52,785 nucleotides of DNA from Atractiella rhizophila (lineage: Eukaryota). This document shows, piece by piece, positions 36,046 through 47,517 of this stretch (position 1 is the stretch's first letter; every line of letters starts with the position of its first letter). The notes under the pieces are model-generated. The model was not told the DNA's origin. It was given only the letters and a program-made list of their open reading frames with translations, and ran no database searches. The translations under genes and the position numbers were made by a program. The DNA is taken from the NCBI GenBank assembly GCA_021432655.1, contig MU271435.1, positions 13,414 through 66,198 on the forward strand, in the 5' to 3' direction.

Positions 36046-39000
36046 AGCGCGTTTCGTCAAAGGTTACAAAAACGCGCATTCGGGCGATTTTTGGCGGAGT
36101 TTGTTGTGGAATTGGGACAAACTGCAAGAGGATGTGCAGTGTGATGGTCTTTTATAGCATCTTGCGAATTTTCCAAATCTGCAATGTTGATCCACTCGCC
36201 TTCAGATGGTGAATACCCTTTGTATTGAACGCGATATTTGAAACTTTCTTTCGGGTACCGAACCATTTCCCATCCACAATTTTTTCTACTTCCCATTCTT
36301 CAATTCCATTCACTAATTCCGGAGATGGTTTAGGCAACTGAACTCTGCCAGGGATGTCGTCTTCGTTGACTTTTCGTATTAGGCCCACATGGAACATTAG
36401 ATGTATCTTCCATGAGGATGGCAACTTGAGTTTGAGGTTGAGGGGACCCAAAACTTGCAGAATGCGAAAAGGGCCATGCCATTTGTCGTCCAACTTTTTG
36501 ACAGGTCTCGTCGATTTGATGTTTTTCGTGCTCAACCAGACAAAATTGCCGACGTGGTATTCGGGCGCTGGTGCGCATTTTCTGTCATAATGTTTTGCCA
36601 TGAGGTCTGCTGCTTGCTCTAGTGCTGCTTGTGCTTCCCGGTCGGCGATTTGCATCTTTTCGACGAACTGCGCCGCTGCGGGAATGTCCTCGCCGGAGAT
36701 GGGTTCAAAGGCCATGCGGGGATGTTGACCGCAATCGAGCGAAAATGGAGTTACGCCCGTCGCCGAACTGACACGATTGTTGAGCACAAATTCTGCGTTG
36801 GGAAGTCCTTCCACCCAATTATCCTGAAGGTGGTTGCAGAAAATGCACAAATATTGCTCAACTTCTTGGTTCATACGTTCAGTCTGGCCATCACTTTGTG
36901 GGTGATAGGCTGTTGATGGTGAACCCTTGATACCAATAGGTGAAAAAGTGCGGATGTGAATTTGGACACAAACTCTTTGCCTCGATCGAAAATTGCGACA
37001 TCGAAAAGTCCATGTAACTTCCATACGTGATCGCAAAAAAGTCTTGCAAGGCCTTCTGCATCCATCGTCGAATGGGTGGGGATGAGATGGGTGCGTCTCG
37101 AAAGTATGTCTGTCTACTATGACGAAAATCGTGTCAAACCCCCCAGATTCTGGGAGTGGTGCAACCAAGTCCATGCTGACAATTTGCCATCGGCGCATGG
37201 GAATATCATTTGGTTGCAACAACCCGACAGGTGGGGAAGGAAAGTTTTTCGTTCTGTAGCAAGTGTGACAGCCGCCGACATAGCCGGCGAACGTATTGCG
37301 CCAAACCCGGCCACCATTAGTACCTTTTTACGAGAGCCGTTGTCGATTTTACGCCTGGATGACCGGTGATTTGCGAATCGTGCAGGCCTTGCAAAATCGA
37401 GCGGTGAATTTCGTCGTGGCGGGGAATGTAGAGTTTTCCACGAAAATAGACAGCACCGTCGACTTCTTGCCACTCCCATCGGTGAATCACGTCGACCGGT
37501 TCGTCTAGGATCTCTCTCAAGCCTTGACTACTTGTTCTTCCCATTCGGGCACCTTTTTCACGCGTTCCAGTATACTCAACTCCTACATTTGTCTTGTGAG
37601 CGCGACCGCGCTCCCAGTCCCGTTGATGGTGATACGATCCATGTTGAAAAACGTTCTGGGATAATACTACGTCGAAATTGTCGCAAGTCACCAGTTTGTG
37701 ATCCGGTCGCCGCCTGAGCACATCTGGTTTTACGGAGTTTCGTCCAGGACGGTGTAAGAGAGTGAAGTTGAAAGATGCAAGTTCAGTGATCCAGCGCGCT
37801 TGTCGCCGATTCAACTTTTGTGGCATTCTGAAATACTCAAGGTTTTTGTGATCAGTCAAGATCAGAAATGGCTCATCAGTACCTTGAAGAAGGTGTCTCC
37901 ATTCTTGCAGTCCACGCATAATCGCGAGCATTTCTTTGTCATAGGTGCATAGTTCCTCTGTGCAGCGTCGAGCGATTTTGACACGAAACCGAGAGGATGA
38001 AACTTCCCATCTGGCTTCATTTGCGACACGACGGGGCCTGTCGCGAAATTTGACGCATCGACTTCGAGCAAAAATCGTCCTATTTGTTCGGGATGTGCTA
38101 AAACGGGCGCCGAAGTCATGAGCTGTTTCAAAGCGGCCAACGAACCTTGTTCATCTACCCCCCAGAACCAGGAAATCTCCTTTTGGTCAGTTTATATAAA
38201 GGTCTTACGATGTGACTAAATCTGTCACAAAAGCGGCGATAGAAATTAGCAAAACGGAAAAACATTTGGACTTCCTTCATGTTTTTCGGTTCCGGCCAAT
38301 CCATCACACCTGCAACCTTTACTGGATTCGGTTCAATCCCTCCGCTGGTAATGATCAATCCTAGATACTCTACTTCGCTTTGACACCAAACACATTTCTG
38401 TAAGTTAACATAAAGTCCATTTTCGCGCAAAATTTGACAAACTTATCGAAGGCATTTCCAGTGTTCTTCTTCAGTTTCTGTCGCAATTAGGATGTCGTTG
38501 ATGTATATGAAGATGAATGCAGCTGCGATCACAGCACGGAAAATAGAGTTCAGGAAAGCTTGAAAAGTCGCCGGTGAGTTGCAGAGGCTGAAATACATTA
38601 CCAATGGTTCGAAAGTCCTTGATTTGTGTGAAACGTCGCTTTGTGTTCGTCTCCTTCTTTGATACGAACGTTGTTGAACCCTTTCCTCAGATCAATCTTG
38701 CTTAAAAACTTCTTACCAGAAACCATGGAAAAGAGGTCAGCTTGAATGGGGAGTGGGGTCTTGTCTTTGACTGTGGCTTCGTTCAGCGTCCGATAATCGA
38801 AAAGGGGACGAAGTTCGGAGGAGTCTTTTTTTGTGCGTGAAACAAACAGAAGCTCCATGTTCACCTGTGCTAGGACGTATACGACCGGCGCTCAGTTCGG
38901 CATCAATGAATTGGTCGAGCGCCGCTTGTTCGTCTCTTTTCAAGGGGTAGACCGGACCCGCATATGGTCATGATTCGGGTATGAGGTTGATCGCGTGGTC

Positions 39001-40808
39001 CCAAGGACGCCGAGGAGGAAGAGAAGTTTTGAATTTTTCGTCGTCGAAAATGTCTGCAAAATCAGCGATTTGCGTTGGTATTTCGACGACATTTTTTGGT
39101 GCGTCTTTCGCCAGTTTCTGCGCTTTTGTCATAGCGGCTTGTATCGAGGTCAACGATGGCGGGAAGTGTTCGTGAGTGGTAGACACGTCATCTGCATTGC
39201 AACTGGTAGGGCAACGAGAGAACTCCACTTTCCCTGAGTCCCAGTTAATCTCTGGGTTGTGGTGTCTTAGCCAGTCGTGGCCTAAAATCATGTCGACAGT
39301 CCCTAACTCCTCTACAGCGAATTGCCAAACCTCATGGTGAGCAGCGATCGAAATGGGCAAGTAAGTGACAGAATGGATGGATCCTCCTTGATTGAGAGAT
39401 CCGTCAATGTTATAAACAGGTACTGGGGAAGGAAGTTGAGTGACAGGTAGGTTGTATGCAGAAACAAGTTTTGAGAAATAAAAGAAGTAGTTGCGCCGCT
39501 GTCAATGAGCGCCGACGTGGTGTGTCGGCGATGGGAATGTGGATGGTGGAATGCGGTTCTGAGCGTCGTCTTCGAACTGACAAGAGATGCTGTTGTCGAG
39601 CGTAAGTGGACTTTGTCGTACATTTTTGCGACTTCTGCGCATCTTTGTCTCCAGGAGGGAAAACATAATTTCGGGAATGGGGAGTCTTGTTCAGACGTGC
39701 TGGGCGGCATTTTGTTGGAAGTGATTTTAGATGACGCAAATGAATTGCAAGTCGGCGATGGGGACACTTCTTCCACCCACCGCTGTGCTAAAATCCTCCT
39801 CAAGATCTTTCGATTGGGTAACGCTCGTTTTCGGCGACTGGTCGGCGAATTGTCCAAATTGTCGTTCTTGGTACATCATTTTTGAATCAAAATATTCCCC
39901 TTGAGCTTGGAGATATTGCTCCTTGTTCATAGCCGTTCTACACTCCCTTTCCCACTATCCTATCTTTTGGCATCGTCTGCAACAGGAGGTCTAGATTTCG
40001 TCGCATCGACTTCCATGTCATCAGGGTCTTTGGCTCTATGAGCGTGTGTAGCGGCATTTGGTGACGGATCGGCGACCGTTGACAAAGCGGCGCTCGGTTG
40101 ATACGATACGGGTGTTCTGTTCTCTCTGTGTTCTCTCTGTGCTTTGAGTCTGTTTTGCAGAAACGCACTTTGAACTCTGACAAAACTTGTTCCCGCGAAA
40201 TTTGTTCCTCTATTTTGACAAGTCGGCGCAAAATCCCAGCGGCGAATTTTTCCGCATCTCCTTCTTTCATGTAAGAAAGGGTAAATAAGATTTTCGATTT
40301 TTTGGTCGGGAATTGGCCTGGAACAGTAGACGTGTAGACGTAAATTTCGGGTAAAAATGTCGGAGCTGTGTTGGGCACTCCTTTGAAGATTGAAGGTGGG
40401 GCAAGTTTGATACCTGCATATGGTGCAACTTGGGTAGTTTGGGGTATAGAGGGAGAAGAAGAAGATTGAGGTAATGGGTCTGTTCACGATAAAAAGGGGG
40501 AAGTGGTGCCACTGTCTCTAGGAGGGGGTAATCTGGAGTCTAGTAGTTGTAAAATTCGGTCGTTTGTGTTTTGGACGTCGGACCTTAGTTGTGCAATTTC
40601 GTTCGCGTTCTGGCAGGCTTGCGCATTTTGTTGGTTGAAACTTGTTATGAGGTCTTGTTCGAGTTTTTTGAACTTTTTTTCAGTTGTGAGATGTAGAGTT
40701 TGGAACATCCTTTCTAAGTGTTGGATGTGTTCTTCACTCGTCGGCGGTTCGCGCGTTTCCATGTCTCCCCAGACCTCCGACATTTTTAAGTTTGATTTTG
40801 AAAGGGAG

Positions 40809-40818
40809 AGAGTATTCT
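40809..40818 (-). promoter_or_regulatory. Self-priming primer-binding site
   Basis: Minus-strand AGAATACTCT lies 2 nt after the 5' LTR and is complementary to AGAGTATTCT at 40943-40934, ~30 nt downstream of TATATATA (40970-40977). Confidence 0.7.
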
Positions 40819-42284
40819 TCTGTAGGGCAAACACTATGTGCGGTCGCCGATGGGTGATGCGTCTGTAGTGGAGGTAAACCTAAGAGAATAATATGGCATG
40901 AGGAGACTAACCTGTAGTGGAGGTAAACCTAAGAGAATACTCTGAGGTCACCACCACTACATCTCGATGTATATATACATATGTAAAGGCACTGGCATAA
41001 ACTGTAACATATGTTTCTTGAAACATGTAAGATAGCTAGATCAGGAAAGCAATAAAGGGAATACTCAGGAATAAGACATACTGAGCAGTACAAGTGAGAA
41101 AGGATAATAAGGCAATAATGGAGACGGTGCAGACCCGCGAAATGTGTAAGGTCTGCTGACCGGCGATTCATGTGATATGGGGGAAGGTGGCGGTCAGCGC
41201 GAACGGGAGCAAATCGGCGATGGGTAGGCACGCGATCCTAAGACGTACTAAAGTAGGTCACGTGACTTCAAATGGTGCATTTCGGTAATGCGTAAGGGCA
41301 AGCCTGACACTCTGTTGGTCTAGCTCAATTTCGAATACTGTTTTTGCATCACTTCTCATTCCTTTCTTCCTTCCTCCTCCTCCCTTCTCATCCACCATCT
41401 CAATATCTTCCTTTGACCTCTTTTGACCATCTCTCCAGTCCTTAATCGGCACTGACACGCGCTCAGAAAGGTTTCCAGGTGCCGATTCCGACAAAGTGGC
41501 CCACCTCGTTGCCTTGGAACAATCCATCTTGTTGTTGAACTCTTCAAAGATACATTCGGGATCCAGTGGGCCTTAGCGATAGGTGTCATCAGTAGCGAGG
41601 GGGACAGCAGCAGGTCGGTTGGTGCTCAGCATTAGGAGGCACTGAAGTTGATTTTCGATTTCAGGTCTGATTTTTGGCATGATACCACAGTTGCAGAGAG
41701 GCAAATTCTGACAGGAAGGGAGCACTGAACATTTTGAGGATGGAGAGCTTGATAAAGCTATGAACTCCATGTCTGGCAGTAATGGGGGAGATTGTTCTTG
41801 GAAACTTAGAACTGGATCGAACTTAAAATAGGTTTTCCGATGTCTTGACACAGCATAATGGCCTCATAGGTTTGAGCGGAGTTTTTTACAAAGCCCCCAT
41901 CATTTCAGCTACTCTCCTGTTATTATTTGTAAATAACTAGGTAAATTACGTCACTGTTATTTACATCAGGCTTTTTCACCGAACCCTGTCATCAATACAA
42001 CTCACACTTACTGTTGTCTCACACTATGCAGTGCTCTCTTATATTTGTCAGTGCGGAGCAGCGCTTTGGCAAGAGTCACTTAATGCCCAACCCTGCTTGA
42101 AATAGAGGTGATTCTGTTTGTAAATTTCAGGTAAAAAAGAGAATGGAGGGGGCAGGATTGGGAGGAGACTACAGCAGCTGGTGTGAGGCTTCCTGGATAT
42201 TCCGAGGTTAAAATGGGAGTTCTACATATCAGCTCCAATGCTTAAGACTTCATGTAGTCAGGAACAGACAAAGTATGATAGAAC

Positions 42285-42468
42285 TGTCAGGTTTGCATCT
42301 TATGCAAATCGGCGCCCATTCGCCACTCTGCGTCTCCGTCGCCCGTTTGCCCGTTTGCACCTACATCACCACTTAACCCAATTGTGCCTATCCTCCTCTT
42401 ATTAACTTGTAATCCCACTGTCACTTCCCCTTTTAGTTCTCCTACATGTTTCATCTGCTCTCCTCTAC
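42285..42468 (+). mobile_element. Truncated family Y LTR (U3 type 1)
   Basis: Reverse-complement match to 35245-35453 (tgtcaggtttgcatcttatgcaaatcggcgccc...tcatctgctctcctctac). Confidence 0.85.
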
Positions 42469-43720
42469 GCTTAGGTCCAAGAGACGCTTCATGGGACTGC
42501 AAACAGCTTCAACATTGCACATGCCTCTTTGTGACCGGTTAACATGTACTTCTGTCCAACAGCATGCTCTATGCCATTCCACTGCTTTCTTGACTCCCAT
42601 GGTACATATATGTCATAGTGCGCATCATTTATACCTACAAGCCGATGCATCCTCGTCCACCACATCAACTTTTTGTTTCTACTGTTTTCAATAAACAGTG
42701 AAAGCTGAGGGATTGACTTTACTGTTAGGAACATACTGAGAGATAATCAGTGATCAAATACTCATAACACTTCTTTGTAAATTACATTATCTGTTAAATT
42801 GTGTGTAGGCACTCCTGGCTTCAGGGTGAGGCGACAGGGAATCAAACCAATGCCAAAAGCAAAATTAGGTTAGGTTCATACATAATACCATCTACACCAT
42901 CATGCAAACTTGATACCTTGCCAACTTACTTAAGTAGGAAAGGAAAATCTTGCTGAAAGTGCCAAAGTCAGTCACTTGACTCAGTCAGGAAAACAAATTT
43001 GTTTCGTCTTTTAAATAAGCTTTGTTGCATATGGTTTGAAAGGCACCAACACACATATTCTGGTGGTATGTTCAGATTTTTGACAGGGTTATGTGTGGTG
43101 AGAGAAGTGCTCAAAAGTACATGCGTGAGTCAGCTAAAGACCCGTTGTGCTTTACAGAAGTTGAATGTCAGAGCAAACCTGGTATGATTGAGAAAGTTAG
43201 CAAACATAAAGAAAGGGCGTCCATATATGTACATTGGCAATTTGAGGGCCTGATGGTTAGAGACAACAAAGTCGATGAAACTTGTACTCACTATGTTTTC
43301 ACCAATTCAAGGTGGACACAAATGTGTTGTGTTACATTTTTGCAATTCACGCTTGTACTACCTGACATCGTTTATCAGTACACCGTTTATATTCCCGCAG
43401 TAACATCACTCATTTTTCCAGCAGTAAATCATCACAGACTTCCAAGGTAGCCAAACATTTCAAGAAAGATGCAACAAACCAAAACAATAATGCCTAACAT
43501 ATATCATACTAGTAAAAGTCATATTCAAGCTAAGAGTCACAATAGATCGCTCAATACACTCAACTTCTAAACCTTTTGATACTGCCTACGAGCCAGTGAG
43601 TTTACAAAGTCAATTACAAAATGCCGTCGAATCTGGAGGCATGAGATAGTACTCATCGTCGTCGGCGAAATGATAGTCGCAATTGTCGAATCCAGGTCCA
43701 GATCCGTCAGGAACAGGGAG

Positions 43721-45044
43721 CTATGCAGCTCCGTTGACATCGTTTCCGGTAGTACAAATGTTTCCGACGGTCTGGGAGGCCACCTTGACAAGAATGGGTC
43801 CGTCCTCGTGCCGTCCGTCGTCCTCTGGAGATTTTGCAGGCAACGCCGTCTGCAGGAGCATCTCGCATGACTTGGACCTGGGAGGACCTGTCGCTGTCGT
43901 CGTCCCGCGTAATGCGGTGCGTGATACCACACGACGACTTACGATGCTCGCAATGCCGTGAAGGCAAAGTAGGAAAGCCACGACGATTCCAAAGATACCA
44001 AAGGCATTCTTGTCAGTGTGGAAAGTGATAAAAGCTGCTGCAGCTGCAAAAACAACCAAAAGTGCCCAGTAGCATTTGAAGTAGACGATTAACCCGATGA
44101 TATCTGAGCAAAGACAATTTCGGGTTGGCTGCCTTGATGGAGCGACATCGAGAATAGGTGGTCGTATTTTGTTCTCCAAGACTTCAGCGAGGATCTCTGA
44201 AGCGAAGAAAAGGCAGGATACCGAGGATATCACCGTACCCGTGACAGCAAAGCCGCTCCTTACTTGCATGGAAAGGGTAGGGTTCGCAGCAATGGAAGCT
44301 GCAAGAGCGGAGAACCCCAAAGAAGGATTCAAAGCCTGCCTCAACTCTCGCAACTTCATCGCGAAGTAGGTTAACCGCAAATACATATCATAACGACTCG
44401 AAGAACCCCGGATCCAGGGCATCCTCCCATTGCTGTCAAGTTGGACACGCGGACGACGCTCCAACAGTGCAGGCCGTAGAACCGACGTGAACGTGAGACT
44501 CCGATCAACCAGATAATACCGTCCATCCACGCCAGGATCCCGATAGAACACGTCTATTATTTCTCCTCTTGCAACTACGTCGTCGCTTGGGTCCTCACAT
44601 ACAGCCAGTAGCGAAGACATAAGACGAAGATTCAAGCCATCGAAATGCGTGGAAAGGACGGTGAGTTCGAAGCGCGCAAGGGGAAAAGTGCACTCGTCAT
44701 ATATTTCTGAGACCCCATGGGTAGCAGAACTCTCTCTTCTACGGTTGAAAGTGATGGCCCACAAAGATTCCCGTGTCTGTGTCACGGAGGGATTGGTCGG
44801 GGAATGGTACGACAAAAACTCCTCCCTAGTCATTGCGTGTCCATCCCGTCCAAGACAAGCTAGCAAATTCTCAGTGAGTGACGCTCAAAAATGATCGAAA
44901 TGACATTTATAACATACACAGGGTATTTCGCGCAATATCCTGTGGTGTCAAGAAAAGCGGTGATGGAGGAGACCTGGTCGAGGCAGTTGAACTAGAAGAG
45001 GCAAAGTGTTCATTTGTGGAGTTTGCTGGCTGTTTTGATTCCAT
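43721..45044 (-). CDS. Orphan protein with hydrophobic C-terminal half (paralog B)
   Basis: Exon 45044-44918, intron 44917-44860, exon 44859-43721; clearly homologous to 5481-6721 (CLGRDGHAMTREEFLSYHSPTNPS...LRQALNPSLGFSALAASIAANPTLS). Confidence 0.8.
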
Positions 45045-45699
45045 TTTGTACTGAAGGGAATTGAGAGAGGTTACTTCGGTGGTTTCGTACTGGTCGAAGG
45101 GAGAGCAAAGGCTGAGGGTTTTGATGCGCGAGTTGGTATGATCGGATACCTTAGACATTCACAATTCGGCACTCTTGCGGTCTGATTTGCTAAGCGAGCT
45201 TAGCTTGGAAGTATTGTACTGTAGAGACGAAAAGAAGTTGCGTTGCTAGGGCTCTTCACCCCCATTTGAAGTTTGGCACTGAGACGGTGACGGGACGGGA
45301 TCGACTCCTGCCTGCCCGACGGTCTCCGGCTGTCTCCAATTCTGAATCTAACGGGATGTCTGACGTCGTGGTCAAGAATACTCTGGCATAGGCTTGCAAA
45401 CTTTGTGAAAGGGTTAGGAAACCAGCAATAATTGTGTGCAAAGTGTAGGATTTTGTGTTCCACACAAAACTTCAAAGCTTTTCCGCATTTTTCACAGGCC
45501 TTGTCATGAAAATTACGACCCTGACGGCTGCTTAGCCTGCCAACTCATCCGATGGTGACGCGACGGGAGTGCCAAAAGGCATACATCCCGTCCCGTCGAC
45601 CGTCTATTCGGCCGTATGCGTTGCCACCCAAGACCTAAGCCATGACTCATAGAAACACAACTTGAGCCAGCTCCTTTCTACTCCAATCTGCATAATGTG

Positions 45700-46364
45700 T
45701 CTTCGTTTCGAGCTATGTGTGAAGACTCACTCGACGACATAGTCGCAAGAGGTGACGTGACGTATTAGACCTTTCTACCCCGATCAAGATCAGGAATGAG
45801 GGTCGGATCTGGTGCATTGCAATCTCACCTGAAAGACGATCCGACGACTAGACCTGCTCGTCAGTCATCTCCCTTCTGAATCTATCGCGATTGGGATTTG
45901 GGAAAGCTTCGAGGCGTTACTCCGCGTATCTGCGATTGAGATATTTGGTTAGACGCGTACGAGAAGTGAGGAGGGCTCGCTCTCACAGCTTCAATAGCTG
46001 CTAATCCTACCCTTTCCGTGCAGGTCAGGAGCGGCTTTGCCATACAGGAACGGTGATCTCCTATATTTCGTGTGTCCTCTACGCGGCTGGCATCGTGGTC
46101 GAAATCTTGGAGGCGAGAAGGAAAAGACTGATTCTTGACGTCGTTGCTCCACCAGCATCGTCATGCGTTGTCCACTCGACCTTCTTGCGAAGAATCTACT
46201 CCAAATGCTATTCAGCAATCGTCATGGCCGCAGCCGTCGCAGCGTCCATCCCTTCGCATGACATTCCTCCCACACCAAGAAACGGTTTGCTCGAGCTGGG
46301 GTCGGGATGCGTCCTCTACATCGTGAACTGTATCACTTGCTTGCTCTTGCAGGAGAATATTTAG
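45700..46364 (+). pseudogene. Decayed third copy (paralog C) of the orphan membrane-protein gene
   Basis: RFEL, DDIVARG, YLRLRYLVRRVREVR, ASIAANPTLSVQVRSGFA, GIVVEILE..RKRLILDV and GCVLYIV recognisable amid deletions and stops. Confidence 0.75.
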
Positions 46365-46677
46365 GCGGGAGCAGAGGCTGGATGAATTAAGGATAATTGC
46401 GGAAGAAAACAGGGATTAAGTTTTTATCTCGTCAGATTTTGAATAATTTATACCAAGTTACGACTTGTATTTAACGCCAGCATCATATGGACGTGCTTCC
46501 CAGTATGCCAGTGGCATCAATTGAATCCTCCTTAATCAACTGAATCCTTCTTATTTGGTATGGACAGGAGAACAATGAGTTTCTTTGGATTCGGGTCGAG
46601 ACAATCAGTTTTCTCATTCGCATCTCAGTATGCTTTATCTACAACTGTCTCCTGCTCCAGCCTCCGTTCTCAAATGC

Positions 46678-47287
46678 TCACAACAGAGCGGTGATGACAG
46701 TTGTAACCGCAGTGAGACCAATGACGGTGTATCCAGCGGTATAGCTCGTTTTCAAATTCAGAACTGCATTCATGATCATCACACTCCGCCCTTTCACTCG
46801 CGAAAGAAACATACAATATCCTAGATCCCATCCCAAATGCCTGAAGCCATTCCAGGTATGGAACCAAAAAGGCAACGCAACCGTGCCCTTCCCAAGCACT
46901 TTCAACCACTCCGGAAAGCTCGCGACCAGATTGATGAAGGTGTTGGCGTCCCATATACCTCCAAGGTAGCCGATTGAAAAACCGTAAAGAGCGGTAGAGA
47001 GGGCGACGCCGGTCACACGGTTAAAGATGGAAGAATACCATGTCAGTTGCGGCTGGTAGATTGTGAAGTGGGGAGAGATAGGGCGCTCGAGACGGAGACG
47101 GGAGAGGTGGTCCGGAGGTGCCGAGGTGGTCTGGATAGGACGAGACGAAGGGCGTAGAACTTCACATTTCATCATAAGCAGCCTTCTCTCCAAAATGTTA
47201 GGACTTACGAATGAGAGAACTCGCTGATACGCTTGAACGGGCGGAAAGATGCAGCAACTGCCGCCTGGCGAGAGTTGTGGTAGCCAT
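46678..47287 (-). CDS. SDH3: Succinate dehydrogenase cytochrome b560 subunit (SdhC), multi-exon
   Basis: ATG 47287 with an Arg/Ser-rich presequence-like start; RLERPISPHFTIYQPQLTWYSSIFNRVTG; FWFHTWNGFRHLGWD. Confidence 0.93.
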
Positions 47288-47517
47288 AGTCGTGGTTGAA
47301 ATTCTGGCGGTTGCCGGTTGACGACAGCTGATGATGAGGATGTCACGTTATCCATGCAGAGATGCAGAGGGCGGCACGATCGAATCGTGGGAGCTTTTCC
47401 TGTAGTAGATATCTGAGCCCAAAATACATTCATTCGACTTATATTTTCGATTAGTTTACATGCAAGCTACAGGTACCAATTTTGAGACAGGTTTTGATGG
47501 TCACTTAGCATCGAAGT

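Larger units (their letters stand above)
35063..41309 (-). mobile_element. Full-length but decayed Ty3/gypsy chromovirus B (gag, protease, RT, RNase H, integrase, chromodomain)
   Basis: LTRs 35063-35453 and 40821-41309; PPT 35454-35465; ALIDSGATTSFI, LGHDWLRHHNPEINW, DYRTLN, KIDLRKGFNNVRI, YINDILI (D>N), VDASNFA, TDHKNL, YHPQSDGQTER, GPF, EWEVEKIVD...YKGYSPSEGEW; many frameshifts. Confidence 0.95.
34446..41988. mobile_element. Non-autonomous hAT-like element (~1.3 kb net), split by chromovirus B
   Basis: Ends catgatccggtgaaaa / ttttcaccgaaccctg (13/16 inverted match); 8-bp flanks CCATCAAC (34438-34445) and TCATCAAT (41989-41996) differ only by C/T; AT-rich subterminal regions. Confidence 0.55.

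Noticed and set aside
42470..43600. CpG-poor region with ORF scraps
   Set aside because: Likely decayed repeat; no assignable family.
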